From positions 8,599,009 through 8,663,008 of the forward strand of contig MU058781.1 in NCBI GenBank assembly GCA_013265495.1: 64,000 nt of DNA, in the 5' to 3' direction. The stretch is from Vicugna vicugna. Taxonomy: Eukaryota. The notes under the pieces were generated by a model. That model had not been told where the DNA came from. It saw only the letters and a list, made by a program, of their open reading frames with translations, and ran no database searches. Below are positions 1 to 12,141 of this stretch, in pieces. The first letter of the stretch is position 1; the number at the start of each line of letters is the position of its first letter. Both the position numbers and the translations under genes were made by a program.

Positions 1-79
1 TTTCAGATATTGTCTGCATTATTTTTGATCAAGAGGCAAAGAGCCACTAATGAGGCATTCTAATTTCCTTAAATTTACA

Positions 80-320
80 GTCTCTGGAGTCAGTTTGTCT
101 GGATTTCTAATCCTGACCCACCCTATTACTGTGTGATTTTAGGCAAGTTACTTTTCCTGTCTAAGTCTTAGATTCCCCCTCTGTAAAACTGAAGTAAAAG
201 TTGAACCTGCCTCCGATTGGGAGGATTAAATGGGAGGGGGTTGTGGAGAAAGAACATGCATGCTTGGCTTATTGCTGCATGCATAATATGTACTCAATAA
301 TGTTAGCTATTGCCATTATT
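80..320 (+). mobile_element. MIR SINE (degenerate)
   Basis: MIR core tgtgtgattttaggcaagttactt...ctgtaaaa...gaggattaaatg and tail tactcaataatgttagctatt. Confidence 0.8.
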
Positions 321-929
321 GCTAGTCAGATTTTTATTACTTAAGATTTAAAAGTAATTCATCTTGTGTACAGAAAGAAATAGTTGGGAAAGTAAATGTG
401 TTTCGATTAAAACAAATAATTTGTTTCTCTGTTCTCACATGCAACGTGGGTAGTGTGTCAGTGACCATCATTTTCTTGGTTCAGTGAGTATGAAAGCTTT
501 CAGCAGTGGGGAGGAAAGTCCCAGAAAATGTGTATCAGGTTGCTGTTTTCATGATGGATCACAGCAGGAAAGTAGTTTATATTCTTCCCTTAAAATGAAA
601 GAATACTATTAATTTTGAGCTCTATGGAAAAAGAAACTTAAAAAAAATTTTTAAAGGCTTTATTAGTTTTTTAGTTTAGTTAAATGCTTTTAGATTTCAA
701 ATAATGCACATGGATCTAAATTAAATATTAATGTGCCCCTTCTCAGGGATTAAACTTAATAAAATTATACAATTAGTGTCCATGCAAGTTTAATAAAAGA
801 AAAAGAATATACAAGGTGCATATTAAGGCTGTATTGAAGGACAGCTGACCTTCCTCTTACTTCCAAGGGCAAACACCTCAGTTTCATATGTATGCTTTGA
901 GGATTTTTTTTTTTAACTTAGAACAGAAT

Positions 930-1470
930 TCCCCCTTTTCTCTTTTTCCTTTTGAAAACACAAATGAAATACAAGGTCTACTCTTCAACTTGCTTTCACC
1001 TGATGATATAATAAAGATTACTATGAATTAGCACTTACAGATTTATCTTGCTTTTCAACAGCTAATGGTACTTTAGCTGCAATCTCATGATTTATTTAAC
1101 CAGTCTCCTTATAATGGATGTGTAGACTTTTCAGGTTTTTTGCTTTGTCAATAATCTTCCATGTGAATTTTAAAATGTGTGTGTATTTATGTATGTAAAT
1201 ATATATATTTATATATATACACACACACGTATATGTATATGTGTGTGTTTGTATATAAGTATGTGTTTGTGGTGCAGGTATGTGTAGGAGAAATTCTGAT
1301 GCACATTTAAATTTTTAATAGCTGTTACAGTGACAGTTTCATCAGTGTAGACTCCATCAGCAGAGTAGAGCTTGCCAACTTCCCCGTAGTATCATACTTT
1401 TTAATATTTTCCAATTTGATATGAGAACAAAGGATCTTAATTCATTTTGCATTAAAAAATCAATGAGATC
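930..1470 (-). mobile_element. Old L1 (L1M-type) fragment with embedded TA/TG microsatellite
   Basis: Degenerate antisense L1 3' motifs (tttatttaaccagtctcct, ttttccaatttgatatgaga, tcttaattcattttgcatt). Confidence 0.55.
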
Positions 1471-1559
1471 AATGTATATCAGGATAAAGTCCTAATAGAG
1501 CAAAGATCAAGATGTAAAGCCATATGTGTATTAAAATAAAACATGAGTGAATTTCTTCA

Positions 1560-2235
1560 TAATTTGGGAGTAGAGGAAACTTTCTAATTAAGACTTAAAA
1601 TCCAGAAGCAATAAGAGAAAAGGTTGATAAATTTGATATCCTGGAAATAAAAAAAGTATGAAGAAACTATAAAAACGTAAAATGACAAACTGGGAGAAAA
1701 TATTGTAACTTCTGTTACAGACAAAAGATTAACATCCTCTGTGTGTGTGTGTGTGTGTGTGTTTATTTGCATATAATAGTGAATTACCGCTTAAGATGAA
1801 AATGACTCTTGTAGCCCCATAGAAAAATGGGCAAAAGCTATAAACAGACAGAAAATAGGAGGAAAAAAGATACAATCCTGCAACATGAAAATATGCTCAA
1901 CTCCTTCATAATAAGAGAAATGCACATTAAAAGTGCACTGGCATCCAGTTTCTCGCCACGTTGGCAGAAGTACAAAGGTTTGATAGCACGCTCTGTGGGC
2001 AGTGCTGTGGGTAAGTGGGCAATCTCCTGCATTGCTCATGGGTTTGCAAATCGGTGCACCGCTTATGGAGGGAAATTTGACAGTAAGTCAGGAAATTACA
2101 TATGAATTTATCCTTTGACCCAACTGTACTGCTTTTTTGGACTTGGTTCCAAAGGTAATCTGGGAAAAATACAAGATATATGTGCAGTGCTGTTCATTAC
2201 AGCACTGTGTGTAATAACGAAAGACTGTAAATAAT
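1560..2235 (+). mobile_element. Old L1 ORF2 3' fragment
   Basis: aaatgctcaactccttcataataagagaaatgcacattaaaa and cctttgacccaact resemble the L1 ORF2 C-terminal region; frames are disrupted. Confidence 0.75.
1740..1762. repeat. (TG)11 microsatellite
   Basis: Seen directly. Confidence 0.95.
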
Positions 2236-3184
2236 CACATCCTGATCTTCCGTCTGCCTAGCCTGGAGTGGGTAGCTTTCACACCAGTCCTGATATCCCA
2301 GCTCTGGCATTAGCTGTATTTGGCTTATGTGCAGCTGATTTTCAGCTGCATTTCAGGGGTTAACAGTGCTGTAGGACAAGCTGCACAGTGGGTAGAATTC
2401 TATTTTGGGTCCTCTCCAGGTCTGTGCCTCCAGTATTGGTGCCTTCTTACTGCCTTTCCCTTCCTTGGTCCATTCTTGCCCATCTGCCTAGTCCTGTCCC
2501 GTAAGTGCTCTTCTCTAGGACTGCTTCCCCCTCCCAGGCACCGGGGAACCTGACATGAATGCTTTGATTCAGGCAAGACCATAAGGCTTTAACCTGCTCT
2601 TACCACATACTTAATCCAGTAACCAGATTGTCTACTATTGGTAGGATATTTGAACATTTATTTTATTTTAGGTGATGAGGTTCGGAAAGGCAGGTCTCCT
2701 GGTGTTTCCTGATTGTTCTGGATGGTGCCACTCTAAGGTAGACATGCCAAAAACTAGCTTTTTTCTTCTGTTTCAGATGCATTTTACCTCCACCCTGCCT
2801 CCTATATTAATGTTTGAACTTGGGATGCATCTTAAAACTTGATGAGTATAGTGTTCCACCTCTCTTGAAGAAGCTTTTACAAAGTTGATAGTGTTTCTTA
2901 TAGTTGATGGCATCTGAAAATCCGGGAAATGTGTTCCTAAGGGGGCAAAACATGAGGGATAAACATTCCTTACTGGCGAATAGCCATATACGATTCTCCT
3001 CCTCACTTCCTTGTGGTGAGTTTTTCTGTGTTACTTAAAAATCCTAAAAAAGGGCCTTTGCTGAGTGATTGTGGGCTGGCACAGAAAAAACAAATAATTA
3101 AAACTGAGAAAGGAAAATGAAAAAAAATGTGGAGGATCGTCTTGCTTTTTTTGGCAACAATACTAATATTTATACAGATACCTT

Positions 3185-4470
3185 TCTTGAATTCTTAGCA
3201 GTTAACACAATTGATTACTCCTTTTTCAAATACTTCCTTCTCTGGATTTCTATGACACCAGGTTCCCTAGTTTTTATCTTCTTATCCTATAGCCTATCCC
3301 TTTTCAATATCCTTTTCCCACCTCAACTCCTCCATCAGACCTTTAAATGACTCAATGTCCTCCCCACTCCCAACATTATCTTCTTAAATTAGTGCGTCCA
3401 TTCCTGTAAGTTCAGATTTTTTTTTTAAGGGTTTTGATTTTCCCAGTTGTATCTCCAGCCTGGAAGACTCCCATGAGCTTTGATTTCATCATATACAAAC
3501 AGCTGATCAATATTTCTAGTTGAATATTTAATAGGACTCTGAAACATAACATGGCCAGAACAAAACTGTTGATTCTCGGTTCCCCAAATCTCTTTCCAAA
3601 CTGTCCTCATCTCAATAAATGGTGCTGCAAACAACCGATGCTCAGGCCAAAATCCCTTCCATGTGCTTAGGAATCCTACTTGATTTCTTCTTGCATGATT
3701 CATATGTAATTTATCAGTGAGTTCTCTTGATTCTGCCTCCAAAATCTACATCTGTTCACTTCTCAGCCTCACCATTGCTGTAACCCCAGTCCCGGTTACC
3801 ATGTCTTTCACTTATGCTTAGACCAGTGTGTCAGCTTCCAACTGGTTTTCTTGTCATTACTTTTTTCCCCACTTCTTTTACTCTTGGCCAATCTGTAGGC
3901 TCTTCCTCACAGTATTTCCAGAATGGTATTTCTGAATAGAAATTAGTTCATGTTTGAAACCCAGTGGTGACTTCTCATTATTCTTAAAATAAATGTAAAG
4001 TTGTTAACTTACCAGCATCATCTGGTCCCTGCCTCCCTCTGAGACCTTTCTCTCCCCGCTCTCCCTGTGTCCAGTCACACTGGTCTCTCTTCCTGGAACG
4101 CAACAAGCTCTGTCCTGTTTCATGGCCTTTGCACTTGCGGCATTTTCTCCTTGGAATGCTCTTTCTTCTGATCTTTGTATGGCAGATTCCTTCCCATTAT
4201 TTAGATCTCAACTTAGATTTAAACTTCTAAGGGTGACCAACAACCCCACAATTACTCTTTGTTCATTACCCTCTTTAATCATCCTAATACCATTGACCGT
4301 TACCTGAAATCATCTTGCTTGTTTCCCTGTTTTGTTTGTTTTCATCAGACTTCCTGTTTAAGGCTGTAAACTCCTTGAGGGTGGACACCCTTTTCACAGC
4401 CATATCCCTGGTACCTAGAACAGAGCCTGGCACATAGTAAATCCTCATTGTGTTTTGGTTGTTGACTGAT
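3185..4470 (+). mobile_element. L2 LINE 3' portion
   Basis: RT-region remnant (agcagttaacacaattgattactcc) through the typical L2 end cctagaacagagcctggcacatagtaa. Confidence 0.85.
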
Positions 4471-5009
4471 TTATGCTTGTAAGTAGTCTTTGACAATATT
4501 AAATAAGATGTATTAACACAAAACTGAATTGAGAAATAATTGGATAAGAAACTTCTGTGTTCATTGGAGAAAGGAAATTCTCTTTTGAGGGGTGGTTACT
4601 ACAAAGTTAGGTAATTTTGTGGGCATTTTAGTGTATTCACAGGATTCCTGTGGGTTGCAGTGACTGGATCACCAAGCATAGTAGTCACTCTATTTTTAAA
4701 GTCAGTACGTTTCAACACTGACAAAATTCTAGACGAAGTAATCATTTGCTTTATATGTTGCTGGAGTTCTTGAGTGGGCTTTTTTGTTAGAGGTGTGGTA
4801 AGGGTTGTCTGATGGCTCTAAGGTGACCAAGAAGAATGTGCTAGGATACAGAGTTGGCATCTGGCATGGATTGTACTATATTTTGATTTTTGTTTGTTTG
4901 CTTGAAATAAATTTGCAGTTGCTGTATTGTTTATCATTAGCTAACAGACATCCGTGACTTTATTCTGTGCATAATACATGGCTCATAGTATTCCTTCGCT
5001 TTCAAATTT

Positions 5010-5970
5010 CAACATTCCTTCAGTAAATATTTAATGAGTGTCTGCCATGTGTGAGACACGTAATAAGTGCTGGGGATGTAGCTGTGAATAAGACAAAGTC
5101 TCAGTCCTAAATATTTGTTAAAGAAATTGGTGACTACCTTGAAGCTTACTTCAGAGGATCAGTGTGGCCTTCAGAGCTTTAAGAAATTGGTAGAAGGCAT
5201 CTAACAAACCATATGCATGTGTTCCCACACATTATCACATCTTCTTTTTTCTTCTACCTACTTGTACATTGTTTAGTGTTCCATGATCACTTGAATGTCT
5301 GTTCTGTACCCATCCCTGTGTTAGGCCCTGGACATCCTGAGAGCAGCAGATAAAAATGTTGTCTTTAGTATCTCTTAAGTAGTAATAAAGACAGGCTGGA
5401 AAAATGAATTATCTTAATACAGAATTGTAAAGTGTGAGAATAGTCTATTACAGGATGCAGAGAAGAGGCATCTAACAGACATCAAGGTGAAGCTGAATGA
5501 TGAATAGGAGTAGGCCAGGTGGATGGCAGAAGGGTAGGAATTGTCATTCTGTGAAGAAAATAAAGGTTTTTTAGGCAAATGAAATAGTGCAAGCTTGAGA
5601 AATTCAGTTTGGTGTGTCTGGAGGAACAGATGACTGTAGGGAGAAGTGAAGATTGAAGTTGGGGAGATGGAGATCTGGACAGGTCTTGAATACCAGCTGG
5701 AAATCACTAGTAGGAAAAATTACTATGATCAGATCGCTATTAGGGGAGTATCTTTTAGGTGGCATCGTGGGGAATAATTTGGAGGGAACTAGAGGAAGTA
5801 GGTGAATACTCCAGCATTTCTGAGTTTGAGCAGGCAAGTGATGTCATCAGGTGTATGTTTCACAAAAGACGCTCTGGATGGGGAGGTCGACTACAGGTAG
5901 GGGTGGGGAGGATGAATGGAAGAAGTGAGACAAGTTAGGAGGGTCCAGTATTCAGCTGACACTCAGTAAT
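5010..5970 (-). mobile_element. L2 fragments
   Basis: Antisense L2 end cattccttcagtaaatatttaatgagtgtctgccatgtg...gctggggatgtagctgtgaataagaca, followed by a purine-rich L2 body. Confidence 0.7.
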
Positions 5971-6925
5971 GAGGCCCTTCCCTTGGCTTGTTAGCATTTC
6001 AAGAAGTTTTGGATCTTACCTCTTTATAAAAATTTTTTACTGTTTTTGTAATAAGACGCGGGAAGAAGTATTGCCAAGTTACTAGGAACTTTGCTGTGCT
6101 CGCCGTTGCGCTCACATAGTGCTCTCACCTATAGCTCCTTCCCAGGGAGAGAAGGTGCACACAGACATCCCTGTGTCCTTAGTTCTTCCTGTCTTTTGAC
6201 CTTAGCTTCTGTTCTTATTGAAAGACCCTTGAAAGTGCTGCAGTTTTCAGTTTGGGTTTTCCTTTCATTGGTGTAACCCTATTTTAATGTGTAAGTCCTT
6301 TTAGGCGGTAGGGCGGTTGGAATAGCATCAGACATTACAGGCGTTTTCAGATTCATTTCGGTAAACAAGATGAGCTTGCGTGATTGGTTGCCTTGCTGGT
6401 GAGTTTAGTACCTTATACAGCAATATCCAGTCAACTTAGAGAAATAAACGGCTCACTTTGATGTAAGTCAGTATTTTTTTCATGGAAGACAGATTATGTT
6501 TTTAATAACTTCTCAAGCTGAAGAATGTTCAGTGTATGATAATACACGTGCCTGAAAAATAAGAACACACAGACCAAAAAGGAGTACTTAATTTCATATT
6601 GAGATTCGGCCAATTTCACTTTAGTTTTTGGAAGTTATTAAATACTCACAGGATTGAAAATACAGGAAGAAAATGCTTATCCTCTTTATATTGTAAATGG
6701 GAAGATACTAGCACAGGTTGTATATTTTAATACTTATTTCTCATCACTGTTTCCATATTAGAGGAGTTATCTACTGCTTTGTAATTGCCTGTTTACCTGA
6801 TTCTGTTCGCTAGGTCTCTCTGCTCTCCCCCTGTGGGCCCAGTGCCATCTGAGTAAGCACTTGGATATTTTTGACTGATGAAATGTGATACTTACTTTTA
6901 TTTATCATATTTATGTTTTTAATAG

Positions 6926-7010
6926 AAAATGCATCAGACGCAGATTTATGGCTTCTGAACAGTTGTACTGTAAAAAATCCGGCTGAAGACCACTTTAGAA
7001 ACTCAATTAA
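6926..7010 (+). CDS. CDKAL1: CDKAL1 internal coding exon (orthologue of human exon 5), in the N-terminal MTTase/UPF0004 domain
   Basis: Acceptor ttatgtttttaatag ends at 6925 and donor gtaagt starts at 7011; 85 nt, phase 1 in and phase 2 out. Translates as (E)[27 protein letters not shown](K), matching my recollection of CDKAL1, including the methylthiotransferase NSCTV motif. Absent from the ORF track because it is short. Confidence 0.97.
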
Positions 7011-7719
7011 GTAAGTGGAAATTGACTTTTTTTTCTTTTATAAGTGACGTAAGAATTACTTTTAGGAAATTAGCTTTTAAAAGATTCTTAATATTACAAA
7101 TATTCAGTATGTTATCAAAGAAAGTCAGTTGGACTTTTAGCATCATAGTGTTTTGAATTTATCTAATAAAAAACTTTAATGTAGATTTTTCTAATAGGTA
7201 TTTGAGTATGTGTGAAGTTAGCTAATAGGTAATTTGAGTATCTATTAAGTATTAACAACATACTCTTCCCAGGGAATCCAGTCCATACATTCTGGAACAA
7301 TCTGAAACAGTCCTTTCCTCTTTTCTCCTCTCTGCACCTCAGCACTGTTCTGGATGCTAATGATGTCTGGCCATCAAAGGAATTACAGTTCATCAGGGGG
7401 AATGGGCATATAATCCTTGGCTCTTGCTTTGTTGTTCAAGTTAAAGTGAAAGAAGTATCCTTTCTCATATCTGCTCTGAATCTTACTCTATCCACCTTTT
7501 TAGAACCTTCATTCTATAAATTGTTGCCTCATCTGTTTATATTTTCAACCTCTCCAACTGCACTGGTGTCTTTTTATTGGTATTTAAACGCGCTCAGGTC
7601 TGATCGGCTCCATGCACCCCTTTTAGCTATTGTCCTATTTTTCTCCTTGCCTTTCCCGAGAAACCTTTAAGATTATCCATTTCCTAACTTCACTCTCAAA
7701 CTCACCCCCTACCACATTG

Positions 7720-9540
7720 ATTTTTACTATGAAATGTATCTTACATAAATGAGTTTATGAAACATGTACAGTTTAAGTAAGGGTAATAAACTTAACCCCC
7801 CACCCAGCGTAAGAAAGAAGGCATAGTCAAGACCTTGAAAACCGCTGTGTGTTTCTTTTTGTCATATCCCCAGAAGTAATCTTTATCCTGACTTTGGTGA
7901 GTCATTCCCTTCCTTTTATTAGTAAATTTGTCATCTCTTAAATGTACCTCTAAACAATGTGTTGTTTAGTTTTGCCCTGTTATAAACTGTGTTTGTTGGA
8001 CTTACACTGTTTGTGTTCTAAGATTTGCTGCTTTTCCTCAGCATTTTGCTTTTAGATTTATCCATGTTGATGGATGTAAAATAACGCTGACCATTCATAG
8101 TATTTCACTAAATGAATCTGTTAGTTTATCCACTTTATTATTGATAGAGTTTTGAGTTTTCCCAGTGTTTTGTTTTCCTGTGCAGTGTGTCTCTGAATAT
8201 TTTGAACATGCTTTCTGGTGCACATGTGTCAGAGTTGTTTTAGGATATGTACCTAGGAGTTGAATTATTGGGTCACAAGTGTGTACATATTCATACTTTG
8301 CTTGGTAATGCTGAACTCTTTTCCCAAATGGATGTGCCAGGTGTTCACTCCCACCAGTAATAGATGAGTGTGGTTGTTCTCCATTCTTGCCAATACTTCA
8401 TATGGTCAGACTTCTAACTTTTTGCCAGTCTGGTGGTGGCGATGGTATTTCAGTATGGTTTTAGTCTGCATTTCCATGATGACTAATAATGTTGAGCATC
8501 TTTTTTATATGTTTATTGGCCATTTGGATTTTCCTTTTCTGTGACACAGCTTTTTGAATATTTTTTCATGTTGACTTGTCTTTTTATTATTTGTGGGAAT
8601 ACATTATTTATAGTCTACTTACAAATTCTTACATGTTACACATGTTTCAAATACCAATTGTGGTTTATCTTTTGACTTTTTTTAATGGTTTCTTAAGATG
8701 AAGAGAAACTCTGGTTTAAAATTTATCCTTTGGATCTGTGCTCTTATTGTTCAAGAAGTCTTTCCTTAACCTGATGTTGTTAAGATATTTTCCAATATTT
8801 TCTTCTAAAAGCTTCTTGGTTTTTACTTCTTACATTTAGGTTTATAATCCATCTGGAGTTAATTTTTTTGTGTATGATGCCAGAAACGGGGTTTTATCTT
8901 ATTTTTCCTGTAGGCACCAGATTTTTCCAGTATCATTTATTATTTTCTGTTTTAAAAAATATGCCCTTCTCCTTATATCTATGTATTACCTGCTCTGTCA
9001 TGCACTGAGCATCCAGAGATGGTTGGGTCTGTCCCTGGGCTCTGTTTGCTTCTGTTTCTTTATTCCGGTGCTTATTCTACGCAGTCACAATTAGTATAGA
9101 TTTATATGAAGTCTAGATATTTGATAGTGCTCATGTCTTTTTGTTCTTCTTTAAGAGTGTCCTGGTTTTTCTTTGCCCTTCGCCCTTCCATATGAATTTA
9201 ATGTAAGGTTTTAAGTTCAACAAGGAATACTGTTGAGATTTTGATTGTGATTACATTGAATCTGTTGATGCCTTTGAGGGGAAAATTGGTAGCTTTTACA
9301 TTTTGATGTTTCCAATTTGTGAATAATATATTTGGGTCTTCTTTGACTTTCTAAGGATTTATAATTTATTCATACAGCTCCTACAGCATCTTTTTGATTT
9401 TTTTCTCTAACGATGTATGGACAACCAAATTGTTCCAGTATCATTTATTTAAACTATCCTTTTTCCTTTTATCTGTAAAGTATTTTTTATCCTTATACTA
9501 TTGTAAATGGTAGTTTTTTTAAAAACTCACTTTCTAGTTA
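7720..9540 (-). mobile_element. Old L1 (L1MC/L1ME-like), 3' UTR plus ORF2 end
   Basis: Antisense L1 motifs: tacctaggagttgaattattgggtca, cactcccaccagtaat, gactaataatgttgagcatctttt, ttccatatgaattt, attacattgaatctgt. Confidence 0.85.
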
Positions 9541-9569
9541 CGTTTACTCCCTGGCTCTCAAGGGTTAAT

Positions 9570-10170
9570 TCTTGCAGCAGTGTGAAGGATGATTGGGCTT
9601 AAGGAAGGATATGATCAGGAGTGCATGTAGGACAGAGTTGGAGTAGCAGTCCAGATCGTGATGGCTCGTTTCAAGTGGAAGTATTCAGAGTTGGAAGGAA
9701 AGAGTTGACTTGAGAAAGAATTCTTTACATTTTCAACATTATTGAATGTGACTCCCAAAGTCTCTGACTAGAATGAAATAGGGAATTCCAGAAAGGGAGT
9801 TCAACTTGAGGGAGGACATGTTTTAGTTTTGAACATGCTGTATTTGAAGTCACAGCTAAATATTGTAATAAAGCAATGGGTGATATTTGATCTTTATCGA
9901 GTGTCTTCTGTGTGACTATTAGAAGTGCTTTGCATCAATTGTATGTTACCTAGCTTAATTCTTGCAGTCTGTCCATGAGTTGTAGATTCTTACTCTATTC
10001 CTGTCTTCCAGATGATGCAACATCTGTTTTACAGATGAAATTCTCTAAGGCTGTTGAGATGCAGATTTTATATTTTTTCCATAGAAGCGATAGTTGAATA
10101 TGATGGCATCTTCAACTCAGAAGTTATGGAAGGAGCAGAGAAGTTATCACCTGGTTGATGGTGGGGGCTC
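9570..10170 (-). mobile_element. L2 remnant interrupted by a MIR remnant (about 9890-10040)
   Basis: ttttagttttgaacatgctgtatttgaagt (L2) and tttatcgagtgtcttctgtgtg...tttacagatgaaa (MIR, antisense). Confidence 0.55.
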
Positions 10171-11949
10171 AGAAGAGGGTAGTGGTGTGGGATGGAACAG
10201 TGGAGTTAGGGTTTTGGTTAGGAGAAGGGAGAATTAAACCAAGAGCAGAGCATGATGTCTGCCAGGTGCTGCTCATTGTCAAGGCACGCTTTTTATTTTA
10301 TGAGAAGTCTGTCATGTTCCCCAGTTATCTACCTTTTTTCCCCTATAAGAAAGACATATAAAATATAAAGATATTTTAGTGTTACTGATACCTGCTGAGT
10401 ACAGAACCCAGAGAATTTAATTTCTGTGATTATCAATTTTATAATGTAATTAATGGGTACACTTCTAGACTGTTTCTAAAAGCTGACTTAAAAACTGAAA
10501 TGTAATTTGTGTCAGTGGGTTTTCTTATGTATAAACTGCATTGTGAATGTGGTTCAGAGTAACGATATGGTGTGTGAATGATTCAGTGAGGTGATCACTT
10601 AAGATACGTTTGTCATTTGACACTGTAAAGCTGGTGGTTGGTGAGCACAGATTCCTTTAATGCACTGTTCTGCTTGATTGAAAGAAAATTCAAAAACAGT
10701 ATTACAGGTATTTTTTTAAATGGCTTTGAAGGCTTTTGATAGTCATAACTAGTCCTTGTTAACATAACACCTAAACTAACATTTGGCTTGTTTCCAGAAT
10801 AAACATAATCCTGTAGAAGGTGCAGTAACAGTTATCACTGAGAAAACATCAAATTCAGGTGATATTTATATATTTAAAGACTTTCAGTGACAAATTACCT
10901 ACTCTTGTCCAGTGTTTTGCTTTATTTAGATGTTTCCCCCTTGTCATCACCATCTCCTAACAAAGCAAAACCGAGATGAATGTTCATAAAGTTGATTACA
11001 CCTGCAGTCACGCTACACATTTGTCTTCTCTCAACCTCTAGCTCCATCCTTTCCCTTCAGCCTCCTCACTGGCGTGCATCTTTTCCCCCATGACAGTGAG
11101 ACAACATTTGAATTCAAGGAGAGCCTGATAGGGGGTTTCATCTCTCCTAGCTCAGTTACGCCTCTTCCCTTATGCTCAAATTCACAGATTTACGGCACAG
11201 GCTGGGAGCTATGTTTTTTTCTAACCTGGACTAACCCCCCCACCCCCCGCCAAATAATGGTCACTTCATGTGGCCACTAATTTCTGAGTGACTGCCATTG
11301 CTTCTCATCATCTGCTTTTGCTTCTCTTCCAATGTATTCTCGGTGTTTAGTAGTTGTTTGTCTATTATCAACTCATTTTATCTCTCTTGAGCCACCAGGC
11401 AGTGGACAGTCTTATTTTAACAGGAGTAAAGAAAAATAACTCTGGGAGATTCAGTATCTTTCACTTGATAAATGCAGTCTCTCTTTGATTAAGATCACTG
11501 AATTGTGAATTTGTGACAAGACAGTCATGGGCTGATTTTTTTTTGTCTCTTGGTGGTGGTGGTGGAGAAAGGTATTACTTTTGCAGCTTCACAGTATAAA
11601 CAGTATTGGGGGGGCAGTATTATTTAACTGGCCACAGATAATATTGGCTTAAAAATAGTTTAATAATTTCATTACATAAACTAGTGCTGGTAGTAAATCA
11701 TTCTATCTTAAAATAATTGCTTAACCTAGTCAAAGGAACATACCTTATATGAAAATGTACTTCTGTTCATCTGGAGGCTGGACTGCTCAGTACTTCATAC
11801 TGACTTTCTACTGGTTGATCTAATTACTAACGTTTTTATAGTGTTTGTATTATTGATGCTCAGTTTGATAGAAGAGTAGGAGTTTTAAGTAGCAAAAACG
11901 GAGTTAAGAATCATTTTTTGGGGGTCTACCTTTTGAACTTTGAAATCTT

Positions 11950-12141
11950 TTTTTTTTAAATAATATTTTTATTACTGAGGATTTTCTTTTTTGGGGAGGA
12001 CGTCCTCTTTTTGTGTGGGGGCAGTTTGGGGGAGGTAATTAGGTTTATTTATTTATTTTTTTAATGGAGGTACTGGAGATTGAACCTAGGACCTCTTGCA
12101 TGCTAAACATGCGCTCTACCACTGAGTTACACCCTCCCCCC
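11950..12141 (-). mobile_element. Camelid tRNA-derived SINE (vic-1-like) with 16-bp TSD
   Basis: Minus strand reads gggagggtgtaactcagtggtagagcgcatg...ggttcaatctccagtacctcc (A and B boxes). TSD tgaactttgaaatctt (11934-11949) and tgaactttgaagtctt (12142-12157). Poly(A) tail and a TT/AAGA endonuclease site. Confidence 0.93.

Larger units (their letters stand above)
1..6925 (+). other. CDKAL1: 3' part of the CDKAL1 intron upstream of the exon (human intron 4 equivalent)
   Basis: No CDKAL1 coding sequence found upstream of 6926; repeat-rich; ends in AG. Confidence 0.88.
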
